DNA of 31,781 nucleotides from the IMG/VR virus record IMGVR_UViG_2579778929_000008; one strand, given 5' to 3'. A program made the translations under genes and the position numbers. This document shows positions 9,632 to 19,800 of this stretch, in pieces (position 1 is the first letter of the stretch; each line of letters begins with the position of its first letter). The stretch is from a virus (Duplodnaviria > Heunggongvirae > Uroviricota > Caudoviricetes). The notes beneath the pieces were generated by a model. The model searched no databases. It was given only the letters and a program-made list of their open reading frames with translations, and was not told where the DNA came from.

Positions 9632-10000
9632 ATGCGTGACTCGCCAGGTCCCGGCTATGTGCATTTCCCTGACTGGCTGGGGAGCTGGTTTTACGACGAA
9701 CTGACGTATGAAGAGCGGAGCAGTGACGGGAAATGGAGTAAGCCGGGTCGCGGTGCCAACGAAGCTTTTGACCTGATGGTGTATGCCGAGGCTCTGGTCA
9801 TTCTGCATGGATACGAAAAGATCCGCTGGCCGGATGCACCGGAGTGGGCGAGCCGGGAAACCTGGCTGGAGTGTGTCCCGGACAGTACCGAACCGTCACC
9901 CACACCGGAACCGGTATCCACGCCTGTTAAAAAACAAAAACGGAAGAAAACAGTAACTGACGATGTTAACCCCTGGCTGACTTCCGGAGGATGGTTATGA
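9632..10000 (+). pseudogene. Terminase large subunit (lambda gpA-like), C-terminal ~120-codon remnant only
   Basis: ...DGKWSKPGRGANEAFDLMVYAEALVILHGYEKIRW... resembles the extreme C-terminus of lambda-family large terminases. No upstream terminase reading frame and no small-subunit gene. Sits directly before W and portal as in lambda. Confidence 0.6.
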
Positions 10001-10209
10001 ACCAGAATGATATCGAAGCCATGATTCAGCGTTATACGGAAGCTGAAATGGCGGTGCTGGACGGAAAATCCGTCACCTTTAATGGTCAGCAGATGACCAT
10101 GGAAAACTTATCTGAGATCCGGCAGGGACGGCAGGAGTGGGAGCGCCGCCTTGCGGCTCTGATTACACGACGACGGGGGCATCCCGGGTACCGGCTGGCG
10201 AGGTTCTGA
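9991..10209 (+). CDS. W: Head-tail joining protein W-like
   Basis: CCGGAGG RBS then ATG at 9991; 72 aa; stop overlaps portal start (TGATG at 10207-10211). Position between terminase and portal as in lambda. Confidence 0.7.
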   Translation: MVMNQNDIEAMIQRYTEAEMAVLDGKSVTFNGQQMTMENLSEIRQGRQEWERRLAALITRRRGHPGYRLARF

Positions 10210-11717
10210 TGGCAATTCTTGATGATGTGATTGGCGTTTTTTCACCAGGATGGAAAGCGGCAAGGCTGCGTTCCCGTGCGGTGATCCAGGCTTATGAGGC
10301 CGTAAAAACGACACGGACACACAAAGCCCGGCGGGAAAACCGAACTGCCGACCAGTTAAGCCAGTACGGGGCCGTGTCGTTACGTGAGCAGGCCCGTTAC
10401 CTTGATAACAACCACGATCTGGTTATTGGTGTATTTGACAAGCTGGAAGAACGGGTGGTGGGGAAAAACGGGATTATTGTCGAGCCACATCCGGTATTAC
10501 GCAATGGGGCCATTGCCCGTGATCTGGCAGCGGAGATACGCACCCGATGGAGTGAATGGTCTGTCAGTCCGGAAGTCACCGGGCAGTTTACCCGTCCGAT
10601 GCTGGAACGTCTGATGCTGCGTACCTGGCTGCGCGATGGTGAGGTGTTTGCCCAGATGGTTTCCGGGCACATAAACAGCCTGACGCCTTCTGCCGGTGTT
10701 CATTTCTGGCTGGAGGCGCTCGAGCCGGACTTTATTCCCATGACCAGTGATGAGAGCAACAGGCTGAATCAGGGCGTGTTTGTTGATGACTGGGGGCGTC
10801 CCGAAAAATATCTGGTGTATAAAAGCCGTCCCGTATCCGGGCGGCAGATGGAAACCAAAGAAGTGGATGCAGAGCGAATGCTGCATCTTAAATTTGTTCG
10901 CCGTCTGCACCAGATGCGCGGGACGTCTTTGTTGTCCGGTGTGCTGATCCGCCTCAGTGCCCTGAAAGAGTATGAAGATTCTGAGCTGACTGCAGCAAGG
11001 ATCGCCGCTGCTCTGGGGATGTACATCCGGAAAGGCGACGGGCAGAGCTATGAACCGGATGGTAATGGCAGCAAGGAGAATGAACGCGAGCTTACCATTC
11101 AGCCAGGCATTATTTACGACGATCTGAAACCCGGCGAAGAAATCGGAATGGTGAAGTCGGATCGTCCCAATCCTAACCTTGAAACTTTTCGTAATGGTCA
11201 GTTGCGTGCCGTGGCGGCGGGCAGTCGTCTGAGTTTTTCCAGTACGGCACGCAACTATAACGGCACTTACAGCGCCCAGCGTCAGGAGCTGGTTGAATCC
11301 ACTGATGGCTACCTGATCCTGCAGGACTGGTTTATTGGTGCCGTCACCCGCCCGATGTATCGTGCCTGGCTGAAACAGGCTGTGGCATCCGGTGTTATCA
11401 GGCTACCCCGCGATCTTGATCGTTCTTCACTGTATACCGCGGTGTATTCCGGACCGGTGATGCCGTGGATTGACCCTGTTAAGGAGGCTGAGGCCTGGAA
11501 AATTCAGATTCGTGGTGGAGCGGCGACAGAATCAGACTGGGTACGTGCAGGTGGTCGTAATCCGGATGATGTCAAACGTCGGCGCAAGGCCGAAATTGAT
11601 GAAAACCGCAAGCTGGATCTGGTATTTGATACCGATCCGGCCAGTGATAAAGGAGGCAGCAGTGCCGCAACGAAACGACAGGAGCCGCAGCACACCGACG
11701 ACCAGTCCGAAGAATAA
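10209..11717 (+). CDS. B: Portal protein (lambda gpB-like), 502 aa
   Basis: ATG at 10209 coupled to the W stop (track ORF begins upstream at 10137 in the same frame). Size and gene order as lambda B. Confidence 0.85.
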   Translation: MAILDDVIGVFSPGWKAARLRSRAVIQAYEAVKTTRTHKARRENRTADQLSQYGAVSLREQARYLDNNHDLVIGVFDKLEERVVGKNGIIVEPHPVLRNGAIARDLAAEIRTRWSEWSVSPEVTGQFTRPMLERLMLRTWLRDGEVFAQMVSGHINSLTPSAGVHFWLEALEPDFIPMTSDESNRLNQGVFVDDWGRPEKYLVYKSRPVSGRQMETKEVDAERMLHLKFVRRLHQMRGTSLLSGVLIRLSALKEYEDSELTAARIAAALGMYIRKGDGQSYEPDGNGSKENERELTIQPGIIYDDLKPGEEIGMVKSDRPNPNLETFRNGQLRAVAAGSRLSFSSTARNYNGTYSAQRQELVESTDGYLILQDWFIGAVTRPMYRAWLKQAVASGVIRLPRDLDRSSLYTAVYSGPVMPWIDPVKEAEAWKIQIRGGAATESDWVRAGGRNPDDVKRRRKAEIDENRKLDLVFDTDPASDKGGSSAATKRQEPQHTDDQSEE

Positions 11718-11730
11718 TTCCTGGTTCAGG

Positions 11731-13689
11731 ATGCAGGCAGGTCACCAGAGTGACGCGGATATTTATATTTATGACGAGATTGGTTTCTGGGGTGTTACAG
11801 CGAAGCAGTTTATCAGTGATCTGAATGCACTGGGCGATATCACCCACATTAATCTCCATATTAATTCACCGGGTGGCGATGTCTTTGAAGGCATCGCCAT
11901 TTTTAATGCACTGAAAACACATGGTGCGTCCATTACCGTTTATGTCGACGGTGTGGCGGCGTCAATGGCGTCGGTCATTGCGATGGTGGGAAACCCGGTC
12001 ATTATGCCGGAAAACTCCTTCATGATGATTCATAAACCATTTGGCTTTACGGGCGGTGATGCGGAGGACATGCGCACCTATGCCGACCTGCTCGATAAAG
12101 TTGAGGCGGTTCTGTTACCCGCTTATGCACAGAAAACCGGGAAAACCACCGATGAAATTGCTGCCATGCTGGCGGATGAGACCTGGATGTCCGGTGCCGA
12201 ATGTCTGGCACAGGGATTTGCTGATCAGGTGACACCAGCCGTTAAGGCAATGGCATGTATTCAGTCAAAACGTACAGAGGAATTTAAAAAGATGCCGGAA
12301 TCCATTCGAAACATGATTACTCCGCCACGCAACAGTGCTCCACGCGTACAGGATGATGAACCTGCAGCCTCCCGGACGCCAGTGCAGGCAGCAGCACCCG
12401 TGGTGGATGAAAACAGTATCCGTGCGCAGGTACTGGCAGAGCAAAAAGCGCGTGTAAACGGTATTAATGATCTGTTTGCCATGTTTGGCGGGCGTTATCA
12501 GACGCTGCAGGCTCAGTGTCTTGCCGATCCTGAGTGTTCGCTGGAGCAGGCCCGCGAAAAGCTGTTGAACGAGATGGGGCGCGAGTCCACGCCATCCAAT
12601 AAAAATACACCGGCTCATATTTATGCTGGTAACGGTAATTTTGTGGGGGACGGGATCCGCCAGGCGCTGATGGCGCGTGCCGGATTTGAAAAAACCGAAC
12701 GTGATAATGTCTACAACGGGATGACCCTGCGTGAATATGCCCGTATGTCACTGACTGAACGGGGTATTGGGGTTTCCGGTTATAACCCGATGCAGATGGT
12801 CGGTGCGGCGTTCACCCACAGTACGTCTGACTTCGGTAATATTCTGCTGGATGTTGCGAACAAAGCCATTCTGCAGGGCTGGGAAGATGCTCCTGAAACC
12901 TATGAACAATGGACGCGGAAAGGTCAGTTGTCTGATTTTAAAATTGCCCATCGTGTGGGTATGGGGGGCTTCAGTGCTCTGCGTCAGGTGCGTGAAGGGG
13001 CGGAATATAAATACGTCACCACCGGAGATAAACAGGCCACTATTGCACTGGCGACCTATGGCGAGCTGTTCAGTATCACCCGTCAGGCCATTATCAATGA
13101 TGATCTGAATATGCTGACCGATGTCCCGATGAAACTGGGCCGTGCGGCGAAATCCACTATTGCCGATCTGGTTTATGCCATTCTGACGTCTAACCCGAAA
13201 ATCTCCACAGATAATGTAAGTCTGTTCGATAAAGCGAAACATGCAAACGTACTGGAGAGCGCTGCAATGGACGTGGCATCGCTGGATAAAGCCCGCCAGT
13301 TGATGCGCGTTCAGAAAGAGGGGGAGCGTCATCTGAATATTCGTCCTGCGTTCGTACTGGTACCGACGGCGATGGAGTCTGTTGCTAACCAGGTCATTCG
13401 CTCCTCAAGTGTCAAGGGGGCTGACATTAACGCCGGTATTATTAACCCGGTGAAAGATTTTGCGACCGTTATTGCAGAGCCTCGTCTTGATGATAACAGC
13501 CAGACCACCTTCTACCTGGCTGCGTCAAAAGGCTCCGATACGATTGAAGTGGCTTATCTCAACGGTGTGGATACGCCATATATTGATCAGATGGAGGGCT
13601 TCAGTGTGGATGGCGTGACAACGAAAGTGCGTATTGACGCCGGTGTCGCGCCAGTTGATCACCGCGGTCTGGTGAAATGTACGGCGTAA
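11731..13689 (+). CDS. Head maturation protease (ClpP/S49-like) - scaffold-like linker - major capsid protein fusion, 652 aa
   Basis: N-terminal region ...IYIYDEIGFWGV...INSPGGDVFEGIAIFNALK...VDGVAASMASVI... is ClpP-like. Central region is Ala/Gln-rich. C-terminal ~300 aa are capsid-like. One continuous frame from ATG at 11731 (track ORF starts inside portal at 11470). Confidence 0.75.
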   Translation: MQAGHQSDADIYIYDEIGFWGVTAKQFISDLNALGDITHINLHINSPGGDVFEGIAIFNALKTHGASITVYVDGVAASMASVIAMVGNPVIMPENSFMMIHKPFGFTGGDAEDMRTYADLLDKVEAVLLPAYAQKTGKTTDEIAAMLADETWMSGAECLAQGFADQVTPAVKAMACIQSKRTEEFKKMPESIRNMITPPRNSAPRVQDDEPAASRTPVQAAAPVVDENSIRAQVLAEQKARVNGINDLFAMFGGRYQTLQAQCLADPECSLEQAREKLLNEMGRESTPSNKNTPAHIYAGNGNFVGDGIRQALMARAGFEKTERDNVYNGMTLREYARMSLTERGIGVSGYNPMQMVGAAFTHSTSDFGNILLDVANKAILQGWEDAPETYEQWTRKGQLSDFKIAHRVGMGGFSALRQVREGAEYKYVTTGDKQATIALATYGELFSITRQAIINDDLNMLTDVPMKLGRAAKSTIADLVYAILTSNPKISTDNVSLFDKAKHANVLESAAMDVASLDKARQLMRVQKEGERHLNIRPAFVLVPTAMESVANQVIRSSSVKGADINAGIINPVKDFATVIAEPRLDDNSQTTFYLAASKGSDTIEVAYLNGVDTPYIDQMEGFSVDGVTTKVRIDAGVAPVDHRGLVKCTA

Positions 13690-13711
13690 ACGTCGCAGAC
13701 AACAACTCTGA

Positions 13712-13733
13712 TGGCCCGTAAGGGCTTTTTTTG
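13712..13733 (+). terminator. Terminator-like hairpin plus T-run after the capsid gene (probable attenuator)
   Basis: GCCC-GTAA-GGGC followed by TTTTTTT. A second perfect hairpin CAGCCCC-TGAA-CGGGGCTG follows at 13745-13762 without a T-run. Confidence 0.4.
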
Positions 13734-13775
13734 TACCTGAAATCAGCCCCTGAACGGGGCTGTGCGGAGACAGTT

Positions 13776-14099
13776 ATGGCAAAGAATTTTGTAGAAGAAG
13801 GAAAAACGGTGGCGATTGTTGCCAGTGCAGCCATCAGCAGCGGAGATCTGGTGCAGGTGGGCGATGTTTTTGCGGTGGCGCTGACCGATATTCCACAGGG
13901 TGAAACAGGCGACGGCATGACCGAAGGTGTGTTTATGCTGCCTAAGCTGAAAACGGATGACATGAAAACGGGTAAGAAGGTTTATCTGAAGTCCGGAAAA
14001 GTTCAGCTGACTAACAGCGGCTCTGATCCGCTGGTCGGGGTTGTCTGGGCAGATGCCGGAACCAGTGCAGAAGAAGTGCCGGTAAAACTCAATGTCTGA
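13776..14099 (+). CDS. Small phage head-associated protein (107 aa; DUF2190-like, possible decoration/cement protein)
   Basis: GGAGA RBS then ATG at 13776 (track ORF 13731). Location immediately after the capsid gene. Confidence 0.5.
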   Translation: MAKNFVEEGKTVAIVASAAISSGDLVQVGDVFAVALTDIPQGETGDGMTEGVFMLPKLKTDDMKTGKKVYLKSGKVQLTNSGSDPLVGVVWADAGTSAEEVPVKLNV

Positions 14100-14367
14100 T
14101 CCCTTTTCCCGGCTGGCAGCGCGTATGGATGCGATCACGGTCAGAAAGATGGGAAAGACAGCCTCGATTAATGATGTCGATATGACTGTGATCCCGGGAG
14201 AAACACTGGCAGAGCTGAATGCTCTGTCCGGACCTGCGGTCTCTCTGGTGGTGTTTTCTTCGGGATACCGCCCACGGCGCGGGGATCGCGTTGTTTATGA
14301 CGGACAACAATGGACGGTCACACGGCATGAACGCTTTAACGGTAAGCCAATGATCTTTATTGAGTAA
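14092..14367 (+). CDS. Head-tail connector/head completion protein (91 aa)
   Basis: ATG at 14092 overlaps the upstream stop (ATGTCTGA). Function assigned by position only. Confidence 0.45.
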   Translation: MSDPFSRLAARMDAITVRKMGKTASINDVDMTVIPGETLAELNALSGPAVSLVVFSSGYRPRRGDRVVYDGQQWTVTRHERFNGKPMIFIE

Positions 14368-14378
14368 AGAGGTGTGGG

Positions 14379-14957
14379 ATGAAGGGGCTTGAGAATGCCA
14401 TCCGCAATCTGAACAGCCTTGATACCCGTATGGTGCCACAGGCCAGCGCATGGGCGATAAACCGTGTGGCACAGAAAGCGGTCTCGGTTGCCACCCGGCA
14501 GGTTGCCGGGAATACCGTTGCGGGAGATAACCAGGTGAAAGGGATCCCCCTGAAACTGGTACGTCAGCGTGTCCGGGTGTTTAAAGCCAGTCCGTCAGGA
14601 AAAATGACGGCCAGGATCCGCGTTAACCGGGGCAATCTGCCCGCCATTAAGCTGGGGACAGCCCGGGTCAGACTGGCCCGGCGTGGTGGAAAACTGCAGT
14701 ACCGTGGCAGTGTGCTGAAGGTGGGTAAATATCTTTTCCGGGATGCGTTTATTCAGCAACTGGCGAATGGTCGCTGGCACGTGATGCGACGTATTGATGG
14801 CAAAAATCGTTACCCCATTGATGTGGTGAAAATCCCGCTGTCCGGACCGCTGACACAGGCATTTGAAGATGCCCGCGACCACATCATTGCTGCGGAAATG
14901 CCGAAACAGCTGGGGTATGCACTGAAACAACAACTGAGGTTATGGCTGACCCGATGA
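14379..14957 (+). CDS. Z: Tail completion/head-tail adaptor protein, gpZ-like (192 aa)
   Basis: AGAGG RBS then ATG at 14379. Same length and position as lambda Z, immediately upstream of U. Confidence 0.55.
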   Translation: MKGLENAIRNLNSLDTRMVPQASAWAINRVAQKAVSVATRQVAGNTVAGDNQVKGIPLKLVRQRVRVFKASPSGKMTARIRVNRGNLPAIKLGTARVRLARRGGKLQYRGSVLKVGKYLFRDAFIQQLANGRWHVMRRIDGKNRYPIDVVKIPLSGPLTQAFEDARDHIIAAEMPKQLGYALKQQLRLWLTR

Positions 14958-15355
14958 ACCGACATACACAAATCCGCCAGGCCGTACTGGCACGCCTTCG
15001 GGAACAGTGTGGAGACAGCGCCACGTTTTTTGACGGGCTTCCGGCATTTATTGATGCGCAGGAACTGCCTGCCGTGGCGGTGTGGCTGAGTGATGCTCAG
15101 TACACCGGAAAAATGACGGATGAAGATGACTGGCAGGCTGTTCTGCATATTGCCGTCTTCATCCGGGCACAGGCACCGGATTCAGAGCTGGATATGTGGA
15201 TGGAGAGCACCATTTTCCCTGCCCTGAATGATATACCGGCACTTTCCGGACTCATCGACACCCTGATCCCACTCGGTTTTAACTATCAACGTGATAATGA
15301 GATGGCCACCTGGGCGATGGCGGAAATCACGTACCAGATCACGTACACGAATTAA
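14954..15355 (+). CDS. U: Tail terminator protein U
   Basis: [52 protein letters not shown]...[26 protein letters not shown]... aligns with lambda gpU as recalled. ATGA coupling to the upstream gene (track ORF starts 4 codons earlier at 14942). Confidence 0.85.
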   Translation: MNRHTQIRQAVLARLREQCGDSATFFDGLPAFIDAQELPAVAVWLSDAQYTGKMTDEDDWQAVLHIAVFIRAQAPDSELDMWMESTIFPALNDIPALSGLIDTLIPLGFNYQRDNEMATWAMAEITYQITYTN

Positions 15356-15365
15356 GGAGGTGGTA

Positions 15366-15737
15366 ATGACCACACCAAATCCACTGGCAAAGACGAAAGG
15401 TGCGGGGACGACGTTCTGGATGTATACCGGCAACGGCGATGCGTTTGCGAACCCTTTGTCGGACACTGACTGGCTGCGTCTTGCGATGGTGAAGGATCTG
15501 CAACCTGGCGAAATGACCGCTGATGCAGAAGATGACACTTATCTCGATGATGAAGATGCAGACTGGAAAACGACAACCCAGGGGCAGAAATCCGTTGGTG
15601 ATACTTCGGCGACGCTGGCCTGGCGTCCGGGTGACAGCGGGCAGAAAAACTGGTTCAGTTGTTCGACTCCGGTGAAGTCTGCGCGTTTCGTATCAAATAT
15701 CCCAACGGCACTGTTGATGTTTTCCGTGGCTGGCTGA
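15366..15737 (+). CDS. V: Major tail protein V, N-terminal part (reading frame lost after an A5 run at 15645-15649)
   Basis: AAGGAGG RBS then ATG at 15366. [52 protein letters not shown]...DDEDADW... matches lambda V as recalled, up to ...GDSGQK; beyond that the frame encodes unrelated residues to a stop at 15737. Confidence 0.75.
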   Translation: MTTPNPLAKTKGAGTTFWMYTGNGDAFANPLSDTDWLRLAMVKDLQPGEMTADAEDDTYLDDEDADWKTTTQGQKSVGDTSATLAWRPGDSGQKNWFSCSTPVKSARFVSNIPTALLMFSVAG

Positions 15738-16108
15738 GCTCACTGGGTAAAACCATTGCCTCAAAAGACGTGATGACCCGCACTGTGAAAATCAGCGGTG
15801 TGGGGCGTCCGTATCTGGCAGAGGAAGGCACTGAAACCGTGAGCGTTACCGGGCTGACAGTATCACCGGCGTCTGCCAGTGTAAAAGTGGGAGCAACCAC
15901 CACGCTGACCTTTACAGTAAAACCTGACGGAGCCAGTGACAAAGCGATCAGTGTGCATTCGTCAGATCCACAGACTGCCACGGTTACCCTGAACGGACTT
16001 GTGGCCACGGTAAAAGGCGTGAAGCAGGGCAGTGTCAGCATTGTGGGCATGACCGCTGACGGGAATTTTGTGGCTGTGACTGCGGTGACTGTCAGCGCAG
16101 CAGGTTAA
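15659..16108 (+). CDS. V: Major tail protein V, C-terminal part (continues V in the -1 frame; includes Ig-like Big_2 domain)
   Basis: Frame reads ...[35 protein letters not shown]...[33 protein letters not shown]..., matching the middle and C-terminus of lambda V as recalled. Track start at 15659 is a TTG. Confidence 0.75.
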   Translation: MFDSGEVCAFRIKYPNGTVDVFRGWLSSLGKTIASKDVMTRTVKISGVGRPYLAEEGTETVSVTGLTVSPASASVKVGATTTLTFTVKPDGASDKAISVHSSDPQTATVTLNGLVATVKGVKQGSVSIVGMTADGNFVAVTAVTVSAAG

Positions 16109-16128
16109 CAGGACGATACTCATCATTT

Positions 16129-16152
16129 GCCCCGGTTATGCGGGGCTTTTTT
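16129..16152 (+). terminator. Terminator-like hairpin plus T-run between V and G
   Basis: GCCCC-GGTTATGC-GGGGC followed by TTTTTT, immediately upstream of the G RBS. Confidence 0.45.
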
Positions 16153-16165
16153 GCAGGTGGAGAAC

Positions 16166-16555
16166 ATGATGTTTCTGAAACAGGACACGTTTAATTATGA
16201 AAAACAGTCCGTGGTGCTCAGTGAGCTGTCCGGGCAGCAGAGAATTGAATATCTGACGTTTGTTCAGCAGCGAACGGCAAAGTTTGATGCCGGGGAGGGA
16301 GAACTGCCGGAGGCTGAACGACAGATTGCTTTTCTGCGGATGGGGATGGATATCAATGCCTGGCTGGTTTCCCGCTCACTGTGGAATGCGGATCAGTCTA
16401 AGGATGTAGAGACGCTTTGCGCATCCGTTATTACAACATGGTCGTATGATGCCCTGGGTGCGGGGGCGGAGATGGTTCTGTCGCTGAGCGGTATGGGGGC
16501 CATTGATAATGCCGTGGATGATGAGCATGAGGCGCTGACGCCGGAAAAGTCCTGA
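16166..16555 (+). CDS. G: Tail assembly chaperone G
   Basis: GGTGGAG RBS then ATGATG at 16166. MMFLKQDTFNYEKQSVVLSELSGQQRIEYLTF... resembles lambda gpG. TGA at 16553-16555. Confidence 0.8.
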   Translation: MMFLKQDTFNYEKQSVVLSELSGQQRIEYLTFVQQRTAKFDAGEGELPEAERQIAFLRMGMDINAWLVSRSLWNADQSKDVETLCASVITTWSYDALGAGAEMVLSLSGMGAIDNAVDDEHEALTPEKS

Positions 16556-16893
16556 CGCGGGAAATGCAGTTTGTCATGCGGCTTGCCCGGGAGTTCCGGC
16601 GGGCAGACTGGCGGCGGATGCTGTCGGAAATGTCGGCCACTGAGCTTGGTGAGTGGGGCGATTATTTCCGGATGCAGAGCTTCAGTGATGTGTGGATGGA
16701 TGCGCAGTTTGCCTCGCTGAAGGCATTGATCGTGAGAATGGTGTCCGGCAGCAGTGATGCTGCGGTGGCTGATTTCAGCCTTTTACCGGAAGAGAACGGG
16801 ATACCGGAGCGAACGGACGAAGAACTGATGCATCTTGGGGAAGGTATTTCCGGAGGTGTGCGTTATGGACCAGATAGCCAACCTGGTCATTGA
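16166..16893 (+). CDS. T: Tail assembly chaperone G-T fusion via putative -1 programmed ribosomal frameshift near 16543-16549
   Basis: The -1 frame is open from 16531 and runs to TGA at 16891-16893, encoding ...MRLAREFRRADWRRMLSEMSATELGEWGDYF..., which is lambda gpT-like. Candidate slip site G-GAA-AAG lies one codon before the G stop. Gene T has no independent RBS. Confidence 0.55.
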
Positions 16894-19800
16894 TTTGGGG
16901 ATTGATGCGGCAGAGTTTAAAAATGAAATTCCCCGTATCAAAAACCTTCTGAATGGTGCAGCCAGCGATGCAGAACGGTCTTCTGCCCGTATGCAGCGTT
17001 TTATGGAGCGTCAGACTCAGGCTGCCCGGCAGACAACGCAGGCAGCTTCTTCGGCTGCAACAGCCGCATCCGTCCATGCGCAGACGGTGGAGAAGAACGC
17101 ACAGGCTCATGAACGCATGGCCCGCGAGGTGGAGAAAACCCGCCAGCGCATGGAGGCACTGAGCCAGAAAATGCGCGAGGAACAGGCGCAGGCCATGGCT
17201 CTGGCGGAGGCTCAGGATAAAGCGGCTGCTGCGTTTTATCGTCAGATTGACAGTGTGAAACAGGCCAGTGCGGGGCTGCAGGAATTACAGCGTATTCAGC
17301 AGCAGATCCGACAGGCCAGAAACAGTGGCGGGATTGGTCAGCAGGATTATCTGGCGCTGATTTCTGAGGTTACGGCGAAAACCCGTGTTCTTACGCAGGC
17401 TGAGGCAGAGGCTACCCGACAGAAAGTGGCGTTTATCCGTCAGCTTAAAGAGCAGGCAACCCGCCAGAATCTTTCTTCTTCTGAGTTGCTTCGTGCCAGG
17501 GCTGCCCAGCTGGGGGTAAGCAGTGCTGCAGAAGTGTATATCCGCAAAATGGAGCGGGCAGGAAAAGCCACGCATTCGCTGGGTCTGAAAAGTGCAGCGG
17601 CCCGCCAGGAGATAGGCGTTCTGATAGGTGAACTGGCCCGCGGCAATTTAGGGGCGCTGAGGGGATCCGGGATAACGCTGGCTAACCGTGCCGGATGGAT
17701 AGACACACTGATGTCACCGAAAGGCATGATGCTGGGCGGGGTTATTGGCGGTATTACCGCGGCCGTCTATGGTCTGGGTAAAGCCTGGTATGACGGTCAG
17801 AAGGAGGGGGAAGAATTTAACCGCCAGCTGTCGCTGACGGGGCATTATGCCGGAGTCACTGCCGGGCAGCTGTGGACGCTCAGTCGTGCTATTTCCGGGA
17901 ATGGTATCACGCAACATGCTGCAGCCGGTGCGCTGGCTCAGGTGGTGGGGAGTGGTGCATTTCGTGGAAACGATATCGGTATGGTGGCGAGAGCTGCCGC
18001 ACAGATGGAGCGATCGGTTGGCCAGTCGGTCAGCGATACCATAAATCAGTTTAAGCGGCTGAAGGATGATCCTGTAAATGCCGCGAAGGCTCTGGACAAT
18101 GAGCTGCATTTTCTTACTGCCACTCAGCTTGAGCAGATACGTGTCCTTGGGGATCAGGGACGGTCCAGTGATGCTGCACGGATAGCCATGTCTGCACTGG
18201 CAGAGGAAACCGGTCGGCGTACTGCGGATATTGATAATAACCTCAATGCGCTTGGCAGTACGCTGAAGTATCTGTCTGATTTGTGGAGTCGTTTCTGGGA
18301 TGCGGCCATGAATATTGGTCGTGAAGACTCGCTGGATGAACAGATTGCCGCTTTACAGGAGAAAGTGTCGCGGGCGAAAAGACTCCCCTGGACGGCATCA
18401 TCTTCTCAGGTTGAATACGATCAGCAGCGTCTTAACGATCTTCAGGAGAAAAAACGCCAGAAGGATTTGCAGGATGCAAAAGAGCAGGCAGAGCGGAATT
18501 ATCAGGAGCAACAGAAACGACGTAATGCTGAAAATGCTGCACTGAACCGGATGAATGAAACGGAAGCAGCACGACATCAGCGTGAAATTGCGCGTATTAA
18601 TTCCATGCAGTACGCCGATCAGGCTGTCAGGGATGCAGCGATACAACGTGAAAATGAACGTTACGAGAAAGCCCTGGCATCCGGTAAGAAAAAAACACGC
18701 GAAACCCGTAATGATGAGGCCACCCGGTTATTGCTGCAGTACAGTCAGCAACAGGCACAGGTGGAAGGACAGATTGCTGCTGCAAGACAGTCAGCAGGCA
18801 TTGCCACTGAAAAGATGACAGAAGCGCATAAACAGCTTCTGGCTCTGCAGCAGCGCATCAGCGATCTGGACGGGAAAAAACTGACGGCAGATGAAAAGAG
18901 TGTGCTGGCCCGTAAAGATGAACTGATTCAGGCACTGACGCTGCTGGATGTAAAACAGCAGGAGCTTCAGAAACAGACGGCACTCAACGATCTGAAGAAA
19001 AAAACAATTCAGCTGACCAGTCAACTGGCTGAAGAAGAGCGCGCTCAGCGTCAGCAACATGACCTGGATATCGCCACGGTGGGTATGGGTGATCAGCAGC
19101 GGCAGCGATATCAGGTACAACTGAGTCTTCGCCAGAAATACCAGCAACAGCTGGAGCAGTTGAGGCGGGAGAGTGAGCAGAAAGGGACATATAACACGGA
19201 TGACTACAGAAAGGCCGAGCAGGCGCTGACGGAGAGCCTGAACCGACAACTGAATGAGAATCGCCGTTACTGGCAACAGCTTGAAGTTGTGCAGGGTAAC
19301 TGGAAAAACGGAGTCCTGCGTGCATTTCAGGATTTTACCGTGGATGCAGATAATACGGCAGGAACAGCAGAACAGGTGTTCTCGTCAGCCTTCAGCAACA
19401 TGGGTAATGGCCTGGCAACTTTTGTCACTACCGGCAAACTCAATTTCAAATCCTTCACCTCTTCTGTGCTGTCAGATATGGCGAAAATCCTGGCGCAGGC
19501 AACCATGATGAAATCGATAAAAGGGATTGGCAGTGTACTGGGATTTGATCTCAGCAGCCTTTCCCTGAATGCCAATGGGGGGATTTATCAGTCTGCTGAT
19601 TTGAGTCGTTACAGTGGCACGGTGGTTAACCGTCCGACGTTTTTTGCTTTTGCAAAAGGCGCGGGTGTGATGGGTGAAGCGGGACCTGAAGCCATTCTGC
19701 CTCTGCGTCGTGGTGCTGACGGTAAGCTGGGGGTTGTGGCGGATATTGGTGGTTCAGGTATGGCGATGTTTGCCCCGCAGTACAACATCGAGATCAATAA

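Noticed and set aside
12748-13332. 194-codon minus-strand ORF (also 12265..12618 and 12464..12751)
   Set aside because: Antisense to the protease-capsid gene; no RBS; composition typical of shadow ORFs.
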